From the IMG/VR virus record IMGVR_UViG_3300017768_000003: a stretch of 20,000 nucleotides of DNA. The stretch is one strand, 5' to 3'. Made by a program: the position numbers and the translations under genes. How positions within the stretch are numbered: position 1 is the stretch's first letter; each line of letters begins with the position of its first letter. The stretch is from an uncultured virus (IMG/VR IMGVR_UViG_3300017768_000003) (Duplodnaviria > Heunggongvirae > Uroviricota > Caudoviricetes). Below the pieces are notes generated by a model that made no database searches, was not told the DNA's origin, and saw only the letters and a program-made list of their open reading frames with translations. Positions 1-7,688 of the stretch are shown here, piece by piece.

Positions 1-297
1 AAAGTCTTTACCTCCGTGACCACGTTTGATGTTTAGTAGACCTGAGGGTATACATATTTGTGGGAATTTCCAACAGTTTTCAATCATCATTGTCTCTGCA
101 TTTTCTGCATCTTCACGAGACTTAAATCTTCCAAGAAGTCTAAATTTGAATTCGTTGTTCTTAAGCCATTCTGCTTTTCGACTAGTATCATCTTCGCTTA
201 TATGGCTTGTTACTCTATCGCTTTGTCCTACGCCAACGTATGCATATAAATCTTTATTGTTAAAATAACCGTATACGTAATACTTATAATTCTTCAT
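1..297 (-). CDS. GIY-YIG nuclease (LEM-3-like), runs off the window edge
   Basis: Not in the ORF track. Manual translation from ATG at 297 is open to base 1: MKNYKYYVYGYFNNKDLYAYVGVGQSDRVTSH...EDAENAETMMIEN...LLNIKRGHGG. YVY/YVG, R..H, E and N..GHG match GIY-YIG motif order. Confidence 0.75.
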   Translation of the reverse strand, partial: MKNYKYYVYGYFNNKDLYAYVGVGQSDRVTSHISEDDTSRKAEWLKNNEFKFRLLGRFKSREDAENAETMMIENCWKFPQICIPSGLLNIKRGHGGKDF

Positions 298-475
298 ATT
301 CTATTGATTTTATATGATTACAAAAATATAGCATGTCTCCATTTCTTAATATGGTATCACATCGAAAAAATTTTTTAAGTATACTCATATCTGGATTTCT
401 TAGATGACTTTCGCGAATCTTTCGCTTTACCCAATACATCTCGCCATTTTGTGTACTTAATAATTCTCCAATCAT
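284..475 (-). CDS. hypothetical protein (63 aa)
   Basis: Overlaps both neighbours (ATGA junction at 472-475); no motif recognised. Confidence 0.7.
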   Translation of the reverse strand: MIGELLSTQNGEMYWVKRKIRESHLRNPDMSILKKFFRCDTILRNGDMLYFCNHIKSIEYEEL

Positions 476-669
476 TTCTTTTTCTTAAATCTATCAGCTA
501 TAATATAATATGTAAATAACACTACAAACATTATAGCCATAAAGGGTATCCACCAATAAAATGGTAGTAATACAAACCACCAGCTTATGTTTAATACTTT
601 AGTAATTTTTAATAAAATTAAAATTATTCCTAATGAGTAATGTGGGTATTCTTTTATAGTTTTTATCAT
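472..669 (-). CDS. small membrane protein (65 aa)
   Basis: Two hydrophobic segments, LKITKVLNISWWFVLLPFYW pattern, basic tail; TAATG overlap with the upstream gene. Confidence 0.75.
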   Translation of the reverse strand: MIKTIKEYPHYSLGIILILLKITKVLNISWWFVLLPFYWWIPFMAIMFVVLFTYYIIADRFKKKK

Positions 670-1007
670 TATATTTCTCCGTTAAGAAAATCACGTTGTT
701 TTTTTATTTGCTCATCTAAACCTTCTGTAGATTCGGTTTTCTTTGTAACAACTTTTTCTTTTCTATTCAAAGCTTTAACAGCGTTTAGTGCCGTTTGCTC
801 TAAGTTAATTATTCTAGAATCTGTCATGCAAGGATATATTGTAAAACCTCTCCTTGACTTAGAATTTTCTTCGACTCTAATTTTATATGTAGGTGTCCCA
901 TCATCTTTATAAGTATGCTCGGTAACTTTACCTACGAGTATATCGCCAGTTAAGAACTTGAATTTAACGACGTCTCCAATATTGTATGTGTGTTTTTTCT
1001 TAGCCAT
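669..1007 (-). CDS. hypothetical protein, possible SH3/KOW/Tudor-like N-terminal barrel
   Basis: YNIGDVVKFKF...VGKVTE...YKIRV pattern; overlaps the upstream stop. Confidence 0.65.
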   Translation of the reverse strand: MAKKKHTYNIGDVVKFKFLTGDILVGKVTEHTYKDDGTPTYKIRVEENSKSRRGFTIYPCMTDSRIINLEQTALNAVKALNRKEKVVTKKTESTEGLDEQIKKQRDFLNGEI

Positions 1008-1458
1008 TTTTAGTTATTTTTAATAATTCAGTCATTGTTTTAATAGTTTCTACGACATAAGACCAATCCATGCCGTTTTGTCCGAAGTGCATGAATTCAC
1101 CTTCAAACTCTGTTTGACCTCTATATGTAGAGTCGTCAATTAAGATATCGCCTTTAAGCAAATCTTTTCTATGAGTTAAAAACATCTTTCTCTTAAGTTG
1201 AGGTATATGTTTTTCTACCCAATTTCTTTTTTGGCCCCATGCATCAGGATTATTCCACGGTGGGGTAGTTGCAATAAACACATCATGTCCCATGTCTATC
1301 AGAGCAGCCACAGCATCGATTGCACCCGGCATAGGGGTAAAGGTACTGAAGTCCAAAATAAGGTCAGGGTGGTCGATGTGGCTAGGTAATTCTTTAGCTG
1401 CTTTATTAAAGTCTGCTAAAACGCCATCCATATCTATATAGATTCTTAGCGCCGCCAT
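1000..1458 (-). CDS. HAD-family 5'(3')-deoxyribonucleotidase (NT5C-like)
   Basis: Motif I IYIDMDGVLADF, PMPGA, FIATTPPW, K..W, and KDLLKGDILIDD. Confidence 0.9.
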   Translation of the reverse strand: MAALRIYIDMDGVLADFNKAAKELPSHIDHPDLILDFSTFTPMPGAIDAVAALIDMGHDVFIATTPPWNNPDAWGQKRNWVEKHIPQLKRKMFLTHRKDLLKGDILIDDSTYRGQTEFEGEFMHFGQNGMDWSYVVETIKTMTELLKITKNG

Positions 1459-1625
1459 TATTGTTTTATTTTTTTAGTTATTTGTTCGCATATAGAATTA
1501 AATGCCGAACCTGTATCTTGAGCATTAACGGTCTTACCAAATATAAGCTCGTTGTTTTTGTATACAGTTATTAGATTTGACGTTCCCGTCAATTTTACCT
1601 CATAATTTCCAATTGTTTTTACCAT
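1458..1625 (-). CDS. hypothetical protein (55 aa), not in the ORF track
   Basis: MVKTIGNYEVKLTGTSNLITVYKNNELIFGKTVNAQDTGSAFNSICEQITKKIKQ*; TAATG overlap with the nucleotidase; directly follows promoter P1. Confidence 0.75.
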   Translation of the reverse strand: MVKTIGNYEVKLTGTSNLITVYKNNELIFGKTVNAQDTGSAFNSICEQITKKIKQ

Positions 1626-1652
1626 GTTTATTTGTTATTTGTTAATATACTA

Positions 1653-1718
1653 CTAATATACGCAATTTTTCCGAGATATGAAAGGATTTTGCAACTTTTT
1701 TTATAAAGTTATTAACAA
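1653..1718 (-). promoter_or_regulatory. phage promoter P1 with upstream 14-mer box
   Basis: Minus strand TATCTC-N12-TATATTAG; plus strand AAAGTTATTAACAA at 1705-1718. Confidence 0.75.
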
Positions 1719-2998
1719 TCTCTTTCACCTTCGTATATGTGTTTAAGTACCGGGAATCTCAATGACCATTCACCATCTTTATTTTGGCTCTCCTCGAAAT
1801 ATTGTACTGTAACAGTTTTTCCAAGAATTTTGCTATGGTCTTTGTAGAACTCTTTACGTTGGTCGATACTAAATCCAGAACCAACGCCGACTTTATTACC
1901 CTTATGTAATATTACTATATTACTTAGGCAGTTGATTGTTTTTTCCTTACCGTCCTCAACTATTCTTATATCTCCATTTGTCGCACCAACAACTTTGTAT
2001 TCAGCATCATGCATTTCTTTAACTTTCAATATATCTTTAGAGCGCTTACCTTTGTAGCCTGAGTTTTTTCTAATCATAATACCTTCATGACCTAAGTCTG
2101 TAGCTTCTTTGCTAAGATGGTGAAAGTATTTATCGTTAGGTATAATATCCTGGTCAAGTACTTCTATAATATTTTCATTACAACCTGCTACATGTAATGC
2201 GTTAATTGAATTTTCGTATCTTACATACAAAGGCGCTACACCTTTTTGTTCATCGAATTCCTGAAGTGTTAGCATATCGAATACAAACATTTTGAGATTA
2301 TCAATGGTGTGGTTTTTACGTCTTATTTGTTTCATAATATCTTGGAAATTTTCATTTCCATTTTCATCGACAATACAAACCTCGCCATCCAAAACAAAGT
2401 CACCTTCTATTTTACTAACCTCTTCTAGTAACACACCTAGTGTTTCAAATTCTTTGCCACTTCTAGAATGAGCTGATATCTCATCTTGTTCTTTACGTAT
2501 AATACATCTTACACCGTCAAGTTTTCTAGAACCAAACCATTCTTCGTTTTCAAAGTCTGGCATACTGTTCATAGCTTCTGCCAATGCAACTTTGAATTGA
2601 GGTATAAGTCCAGGCATCCCTTTATTGATAATGCTTGCCGCTGTACGAGTTTTAAGGTCCTTGTCTAGTATATTATATATAAGCTGTTCATGTTCCTTGT
2701 TTGCAAGTACAAAAGCATTGACTGCACCAACTGCCGCGTGGCCTGTAATATTTCTATTACTTAGGTCGTCGAGTAAATCGAATAATCCGTAAGCATCATC
2801 GCTGTCGCAGATGTGAGATAGTTTCTTACAGTTTTTAGAGCCTACACCAAATTGTATATAAGGACTATATATTCTAACAAGAATTTCTCTTATATCATTC
2901 ATTTCAGAGTATTGGTCAAGCACTTTAATTTTTTCATTAGTTCTAGTAGACTGATTAAGGTCGTCTACCAATCTTTGTAATATGTTTAATGTATTCAT
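1712..2998 (-). CDS. lig: ATP-dependent DNA ligase
   Basis: Motif I SRKLDGVRC, III VLDGEV, IIIa FVFD, IV EGIMIR, V ILKVK, OB domain GVGSGFS and motif VI SLRFP. Confidence 0.95.
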   Translation of the reverse strand: MNTLNILQRLVDDLNQSTRTNEKIKVLDQYSEMNDIREILVRIYSPYIQFGVGSKNCKKLSHICDSDDAYGLFDLLDDLSNRNITGHAAVGAVNAFVLANKEHEQLIYNILDKDLKTRTAASIINKGMPGLIPQFKVALAEAMNSMPDFENEEWFGSRKLDGVRCIIRKEQDEISAHSRSGKEFETLGVLLEEVSKIEGDFVLDGEVCIVDENGNENFQDIMKQIRRKNHTIDNLKMFVFDMLTLQEFDEQKGVAPLYVRYENSINALHVAGCNENIIEVLDQDIIPNDKYFHHLSKEATDLGHEGIMIRKNSGYKGKRSKDILKVKEMHDAEYKVVGATNGDIRIVEDGKEKTINCLSNIVILHKGNKVGVGSGFSIDQRKEFYKDHSKILGKTVTVQYFEESQNKDGEWSLRFPVLKHIYEGERDC

Positions 2999-3001
2999 AT
3001 A

Positions 3002-3694
3002 TTATTTATTTGAAATTTTTACTGACCATACTTTTCGTATAATCGTTCTACCATAACCATCGTCACCATCCTCATCTTCATAAAGGTCAACATAAGCTTC
3101 AATGTCATAAGCTAAAAGCTTGTTAACAATTTCTTCACCACCACTTTTATTATAAACTTTTATATAAGGATGTTTTGTAACGTTGCCATCAACATCTGCA
3201 TGAGATGAATATCTTAAATTGTCACCTGCAATTCTTTTTATAATATCAATAGTTGGTTCTATTCCCCAGCCCTCCATTTGTTCTGTCCAATAATTCATTT
3301 TCTCCCAATCGAATCCAACCATTCCTTGTTTAGTTCTAGGGACTAATGAATCAAAGCAGCAGTATGCATAAGTTTCATGCAGTTGCCAGTTAGACATATC
3401 TTCCAATTCTTTTCTAAACTCTTTGTCTACCATTTCTAAGGTGTAACCTGAACCATATCCAGAATACATTACATTTTTCTGAAGTTTAGTAATATCAAAA
3501 GAAGAACAAAAAGCTGACCAGGGTGTTTCTATATTTATTTCACCCAGTTCGCTAATTAGCTTTTCCCATTTTTCAATAATGTTTGATTTTAATTCGTTAG
3601 CAACCTTATCGTTGTGAGCATACATTTCAACTGAGTGAGGTTTAGTTACCTCGATACCAAAGTGAATTGGATTTTGTTTTTTAGATTTAGCCAT
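3002..3694 (-). CDS. hypothetical protein (~230 aa)
   Basis: Long ORF; start moved from 3763 to ATG 3694 (MAKSKKQ), right after the upstream stop at 3696. Confidence 0.75.
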   Translation of the reverse strand: MAKSKKQNPIHFGIEVTKPHSVEMYAHNDKVANELKSNIIEKWEKLISELGEINIETPWSAFCSSFDITKLQKNVMYSGYGSGYTLEMVDKEFRKELEDMSNWQLHETYAYCCFDSLVPRTKQGMVGFDWEKMNYWTEQMEGWGIEPTIDIIKRIAGDNLRYSSHADVDGNVTKHPYIKVYNKSGGEEIVNKLLAYDIEAYVDLYEDEDGDDGYGRTIIRKVWSVKISNK

Positions 3695-3695
3695 A

Positions 3696-3944
3696 TTATT
3701 GTATATTTTCAGATTCGTTAGCCCATTCCATATCGAGCTCTTTAGAGCAAGGTATACTGTCACTAGAAAAAGCAGATATAAAGCACATGATAGATATAAT
3801 CAAAGCGCAGATACAAAATGCCATTTCGTTAAGAGGGCCAGCAAAGTTAATGTAATTTAAGATATCACCAGTTCCGGTAATGTAAGCGATGTACAGGGAA
3901 GCTAGACCTGAAAGAGATAAGCCGATTTTTTTCAATTTTGTCAT
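3696..3944 (-). CDS. membrane protein (82 aa, 2 TM)
   Basis: Two hydrophobic stretches; first gene after promoter P2. Confidence 0.75.
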   Translation of the reverse strand: MTKLKKIGLSLSGLASLYIAYITGTGDILNYINFAGPLNEMAFCICALIISIMCFISAFSSDSIPCSKELDMEWANESENIQ

Positions 3945-3970
3945 TTATTAGTTATTTGTTATTTATAGTA

Positions 3971-4047
3971 TAAATATACGCAAAAAAACCGAGATATAAA
4001 AACTTTTAGCGGGTTATTTTCAACAAATTTTGAAAAGTTATTAACAA
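3971..4047 (-). promoter_or_regulatory. phage promoter P2 with upstream 14-mer box
   Basis: TATCTC-N12-TATATTTA; AAAGTTATTAACAA at 4034-4047. Confidence 0.75.
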
Positions 4048-4125
4048 TTATAATGTACCTAGATAGAATACTACTATCATCATAAGTACATATATTGCTG
4101 GAGTTATGTCTATTTTATTTTCCAC
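4048..4125 (-). CDS. putative 25-aa membrane micropeptide
   Basis: GTG start, MENKIDITPAIYVLMMIVVFYLGTL*; single hydrophobic helix; preceded by ATATTTATA and 11-bp-periodic TTAAC repeats. Confidence 0.45.
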   Translation of the reverse strand: MENKIDITPAIYVLMMIVVFYLGTL

Positions 4126-4157
4126 GTATATAAATATTTTGAGTTAAACTGAAGGTT

Positions 4158-4184
4158 GTTAACTTAATGTTAACATAAGGTTAA
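4158..4184. promoter_or_regulatory. three TTAAC direct repeats with 11-bp period (operator-like)
   Basis: Plus strand GTTAA at 4158, 4169 and 4180; overlaps the inverted repeat TGTTAAC-N5-GTTAACA (4157-4175). Confidence 0.45.
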
Positions 4185-4191
4185 ATTATAG

Positions 4192-4263
4192 TACCCCGAC
4201 GGAGAATCGAACTCCGGTTACCAGGATGAAAACCTGGCGTCCTAACCACTAGACGACCGGGGC
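4192..4263 (-). tRNA. tRNA-Glu (anticodon TTC)
   Basis: Acceptor stem GCCCCGG/TCGGGGT, D arm GTCTAGTGGTTAGGAC, anticodon arm CCAGG-TTTTCAT-CCTGG, T arm CGGAG-TTCGATT-CTCCG. 72 nt, followed by CTA, so CCA is not encoded. Confidence 0.97.
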
Positions 4264-4267
4264 AAGT

Positions 4268-4366
4268 AATTAAGGAGACATTAAGCTACCGCTAGGAAAC
4301 TCCAGTTCACTGGATATACTGGATGTCAATACTAGTTTAAGCTACCTATTCTCAGCCTCCTTAATT
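4268..4366 (-). ncRNA. candidate structured RNA (~99 nt) immediately 5' of the tRNA
   Basis: 12-bp closing stem AATTAAGGAGGC/GTCTCCTTAATT, GGTAGCTTAA once on each arm, inner CTAG/CTAG and TCCAGT/ACTGGA stems. Confidence 0.5.
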
Positions 4367-4704
4367 TAATCATAAAACTCTATCCCATTACTGCCGACCC
4401 ATTTCTTATGCTCGTCACTAACTTGCCACTTATATTTCGTAATAAACCAAACAGCATCAGCCTGCCATTTGTACTTAACAAAGAAAATTTTATACTCCGC
4501 CTCCCACTTATATTTTGTCCAATAAACAACATTGGCACTCAAGCTAGACTTCTGACTACTATAATAAATAAGATAGTTAGCTTGGTATTTATGTGGGGTG
4601 ACGTATACAAGAATATCGGCCTCATGTTTATATTTAGTTTCATAACAAACCTGAGCATTACCAATAAAAGGTATAAGTAATAATAACAGTAATAATTTTT
4701 TCAT
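4366..4704 (-). CDS. secreted repeat protein, DUF6150-like
   Basis: Signal peptide MKKLLLLLLLIPFIGNA|Q and about six ~13-aa repeats of type xxTKYKWEADxxV. Confidence 0.7.
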   Translation of the reverse strand: MKKLLLLLLLIPFIGNAQVCYETKYKHEADILVYVTPHKYQANYLIYYSSQKSSLSANVVYWTKYKWEAEYKIFFVKYKWQADAVWFITKYKWQVSDEHKKWVGSNGIEFYD

Positions 4705-4706
4705 AT

Positions 4707-4877
4707 CTATTTTTTATATATAACTTCATCTGTAATATGGTTGACGAATAGACGAACGATAGATATAACAAGTATAAATACAGCCCAACCCATACTATCA
4801 TTTGCATAACTATTAAACGCCAACACTAATAACAGTAAAGGCACCTCCAATATTCTTACAGCTCTTACCCAAGTCAT
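4707..4877 (-). CDS. small membrane protein (56 aa, 2 TM), not in the ORF track
   Basis: MTWVRAVRILEVPLLLLVLAFNSYANDSMGWAVFILVISIVRLFVNHITDEVIYKK*; fills the gap between neighbours. Confidence 0.7.
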   Translation of the reverse strand: MTWVRAVRILEVPLLLLVLAFNSYANDSMGWAVFILVISIVRLFVNHITDEVIYKK

Positions 4878-4878
4878 A

Positions 4879-5070
4879 TTACAATTCCAAGTATTTTAAT
4901 AAAAATTCTATCTTGCCGTCGATAACATCTAGTTTGTCATCTATCTGTTTCAAGCGGGCCGCCAAATCTCTCATCTCGCCCGGCGCATCGGGGGCAAATT
5001 TTTTCCCATTCGGGGCGCGGCGATTAAGCTTTTGTACAAGGATTTTTTGCTTGCGTATTTGGTTAAGCAT
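4879..5070 (-). CDS. small coiled-coil protein (~63 aa)
   Basis: Heptad pattern LKQIDDKLDVIDGKIEFL; start probably ATG 5070 overlapping the upstream stop (track start 5100). Confidence 0.65.
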   Translation of the reverse strand: MLNQIRKQKILVQKLNRRAPNGKKFAPDAPGEMRDLAARLKQIDDKLDVIDGKIEFLLKYLEL

Positions 5071-5230
5071 TCTTTTTTCTTTTCCTTTGTCCATCGTCAA
5101 ATCTCTCTAAATTTTTAAGGAACTCTTTGTGTTGAGTTCGCGAATTTATGTGTTCGGATATCTGGCTACTTACGTATAAGCCAAGTGCGAAGCCGACTCC
5201 TCCAATAGTAATAAAAATAAAAATATCCAT
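5063..5230 (-). CDS. small protein with N-terminal TM helix (55 aa), not in the ORF track
   Basis: MDIFIFITIGGVGFALGLYVSSQISEHINSRTQHKEFLKNLERFDDGQRKRKKNA*; TAATG overlap at 5228-5232. Confidence 0.7.
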   Translation of the reverse strand: MDIFIFITIGGVGFALGLYVSSQISEHINSRTQHKEFLKNLERFDDGQRKRKKNA

Positions 5231-5607
5231 TATTCTCCTTTATTTACGTGATAGTACCATAGAGCTGCTAGTATAAATAGTATAAATACAGAACCTATTC
5301 CATATACTAATAGTGCTGGTGTATGTATATCTACTAGTATTGCAGGCCATCCCATACATACTAACCAACCTACGAATATCCATCCTGTGTTAGTTTCCAT
5401 TTTCTTTTCAACTTTAACTGTCAATTCTTTTTTTAACAATCGACTTAAAGCGTCCTGCATATCTTTACCGTAAGCAGGTTGTTTGTGGATAGTACCGTCT
5501 TTCTCTCCAATGGTTATCATATACTTTGCATAGCCATCGTGTGTTTTCGAGCGTTCCAATAATTTGCAATCTATTGCTCTGCGTCTATCGTACTTCTTCA
5601 CTGTCAT
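5230..5607 (-). CDS. membrane protein (125 aa, 2 C-terminal TM)
   Basis: Soluble N-terminus followed by two hydrophobic helices. Confidence 0.75.
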   Translation of the reverse strand: MTVKKYDRRRAIDCKLLERSKTHDGYAKYMITIGEKDGTIHKQPAYGKDMQDALSRLLKKELTVKVEKKMETNTGWIFVGWLVCMGWPAILVDIHTPALLVYGIGSVFILFILAALWYYHVNKGE

Positions 5608-5686
5608 TTGTTTTTACTGGTTCCATAACATAATAAAATCCTCCGCATCCGTCGGAAATTTCTACTACTTCTAATAATTCATTCAT
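5585..5686 (-). CDS. micro-ORF (33 aa), not in the ORF track
   Basis: MNELLEVVEISDGCGGFYYVMEPVKTNDSEEVR*; follows P3; leader AAAAACAATAGAT-ATG is shared with the gene starting at 5975. Confidence 0.6.
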   Translation of the reverse strand: MNELLEVVEISDGCGGFYYVMEPVKTNDSEEVR

Positions 5687-5707
5687 ATCTATTGTTTTTA
5701 TTTATAT

Positions 5708-5740
5708 ATAATATAACAAATCTTTCTGACATAGAAAAAT
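5708..5740 (-). promoter_or_regulatory. phage promoter P3
   Basis: TATGTC-N12-TATATTAT. Confidence 0.65.
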
Positions 5741-5750
5741 TTATTGTATG

Positions 5751-5975
5751 TTAATTGTACTTCATTCCTGACATAACACCATATCCTTTACGACTGGCTA
5801 GCCTGTTAATATTGTCTGCTACCTTGCTTGGTAGCACTTGTATTGTGTTTCCTGTTTTATGATTGCTAATAGCAACACAACCATAGGCTTCGACACTACT
5901 GCAATTTATACAAGTGTTATAGCCTAAGTTTATTCTACCTTCCGGTATATTGTTTCCGCATTTACATTTAATCAT
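5751..5975 (-). CDS. C4 zinc-finger protein, TraR/DksA-like
   Basis: CKCGNNIPEGRINLGYNTCINCS resembles the CG..IPEAR...C..C finger of TraR/DksA. Confidence 0.65.
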   Translation of the reverse strand: MIKCKCGNNIPEGRINLGYNTCINCSSVEAYGCVAISNHKTGNTIQVLPSKVADNINRLASRKGYGVMSGMKYN

Positions 5976-6080
5976 ATCTATTGTTTTTTATATATTGCTG
6001 ATGGTGTACCATCATGTTCCAAACAGTTGTTTCTAGGGACAAAAATTCAACCCCGATAAGAGAGCAGCCTATAGCGTATA

Positions 6081-6093
6081 TGACAAACTGTCA
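6081..6093. promoter_or_regulatory. palindromic operator-like site TGACA-N3-TGTCA
   Basis: TGACAAACTGTCA; the same motif recurs at 7655-7667 and 7676-7688. Confidence 0.5.
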
Positions 6094-6165
6094 CCGCCGC
6101 TACTTACAAGTAATTAGGCCTAGAGAGCGCTAGAGCCCTCCAAGCCGTCATACCTCAACTAACAA

Positions 6166-7353
6166 CTAAATCACTGCCTTTTGCTCTTCTTCCGTGTTAA
6201 AGAGCTCTTCGTTCGTATCTATGTCTTCCTTGTCGTAAGACCATTTTTGAACCAATTGCTTCACGAAGGTTCTTTCGCTATCTATACCTCCAGAGTTATC
6301 GAACTGTGGATAGATGCAAACCTCTGCTGCCTCCTCTAGTGTGAAGCCATCGTATATTAAGCTAGCCATCTCTACACTATTTCTAGTAGATATCATGGTT
6401 GATATACGTGGTGTTTCTGTATTGATTTCGATTCTTGTTCCACCTACTATATCCCCTATAGCCTCTATCCTGTTTTCATCTACCTGAGGGAATAAGTATG
6501 ATAGTAGTTCCATCTCTTGGTACTTATCTAATACATCCATTTCTACTATTATGAATCTATCTAATAAAGCTCTATCCATAACTCTTGTTGCTGTATATTC
6601 ATTACCTATATTAGCAGTAGCTATAAATGTAACTCCTTTAGCAACCTTAATAGTAGGCGAGCCATCAGCTTCATCCAATCTTAGGTACCTTTGGCCTTCG
6701 TCCAATACGGTCATTAGTATGTTATGAGCATCAGGATGAGCTCTTGATAATTCATCTAATAGTATTACCGCATTTGGCGTTTGTATAGCTTTGACGAATA
6801 GTGCTTGTGAAAAGAAAGTACCATCCTCTTTTGAGAAGTGAGTATTACCAATCAGTGTAGAACGAGGGTCTTGAGTGGCACCTAGATTGAAATAGAAGTC
6901 TGGCCTATCTAAAGCCTTAACAACTGATTTTGCCGCCATAGTCTTACCACATCCAGCAGGTCCAGTCATCATGATATTTTTACCTCGTAATGCAGAACGC
7001 ATAAGGTATTTCCATTTTAACGTATCCATTTTAAGTAGTTCAGGCTTAAGCTTGTCTGAAGTTTTGATAAAATTCATAAGTTCTACTTGTTCCTTAGGAA
7101 GGTTAGTAGATTCTACCTTAGCTTTTTTAAGCTTCGTATTAGGTAGGTTATTATCAAACTTAGAAGCTTCCCCTGTAGATGAGGTACCATAAGCTACGTC
7201 TTCACCATCTATCTTAACAGATACCCATAGGTTATTTTTATACGAATATTTGATTTTTTCTGCAGCCTTCGTATTAGCTTTAGCAGTCCAAACGTCACCA
7301 ACCTTATTAGTCATCTGGTTGTTGGAAATTGGAGTAAAGAAATGTTTGTTCAT
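6166..7353 (-). CDS. MoxR/CbbQ/CobS-type AAA+ ATPase
   Basis: Walker A GPAGCGKT, Walker B ILLDELSR, sensor I ATAN, arginine finger ALLDRF, sensor II ISTR. Confidence 0.92.
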   Translation of the reverse strand: MNKHFFTPISNNQMTNKVGDVWTAKANTKAAEKIKYSYKNNLWVSVKIDGEDVAYGTSSTGEASKFDNNLPNTKLKKAKVESTNLPKEQVELMNFIKTSDKLKPELLKMDTLKWKYLMRSALRGKNIMMTGPAGCGKTMAAKSVVKALDRPDFYFNLGATQDPRSTLIGNTHFSKEDGTFFSQALFVKAIQTPNAVILLDELSRAHPDAHNILMTVLDEGQRYLRLDEADGSPTIKVAKGVTFIATANIGNEYTATRVMDRALLDRFIIVEMDVLDKYQEMELLSYLFPQVDENRIEAIGDIVGGTRIEINTETPRISTMISTRNSVEMASLIYDGFTLEEAAEVCIYPQFDNSGGIDSERTFVKQLVQKWSYDKEDIDTNEELFNTEEEQKAVI

Positions 7354-7383
7354 TTGTTAGTTGTTAATTAGTTATTTATAGTA

Positions 7384-7450
7384 TAAATATACGCTATTTT
7401 TATGATATATGAAAGGAAATAGCAGCCTTTTTTACAAAAGTTATTAACAA
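7384..7450 (-). promoter_or_regulatory. phage promoter P4 with upstream 14-mer box
   Basis: TATATC-N12-TATATTTA; AAAGTTATTAACAA at 7437-7450. Confidence 0.75.
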
Positions 7451-7585
7451 TTACAGTAGTATATACCCAGGATATAGGGATAATGCTAGTTGTTTAGCGT
7501 TCCATAGGTTATTAGATTCAACTACTGATTTGCGTACTTTACCTGGGAATGCCGGGCAAGTCATGTATACTGTGTACTTTTCCAT
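7451..7585 (-). CDS. small hypothetical protein (44 aa)
   Basis: MEKYTVYMTCPAFPGKVRKSVVESNNLWNAKQLALSLYPGYILL*; start moved to ATG 7585 because the track extension runs through promoter P5. Confidence 0.65.
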   Translation of the reverse strand: MEKYTVYMTCPAFPGKVRKSVVESNNLWNAKQLALSLYPGYILL

Positions 7586-7613
7586 GTGATTATTGATATT
7601 AGTTATTATACTA

Positions 7614-7688
7614 CTAATATACGCTAAATATCCGACATAAAAAAATATTTTCAATGACAATTTGGCAAAAGTTTGTGACAATGTGTCA
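7614..7688 (-). promoter_or_regulatory. phage promoter P5 with two upstream TGACA-N3-TG(T/G)CA sites
   Basis: TATGTC-N12-TATATTAG; sites at 7655-7667 and 7676-7688, 21 bp apart. Confidence 0.7.

Noticed and set aside
3969..7389. TATAAATA (T4 late promoter) matches on the plus strand
   Set aside because: They point opposite to all genes, and some are simply the reverse complement of the promoter's downstream element.
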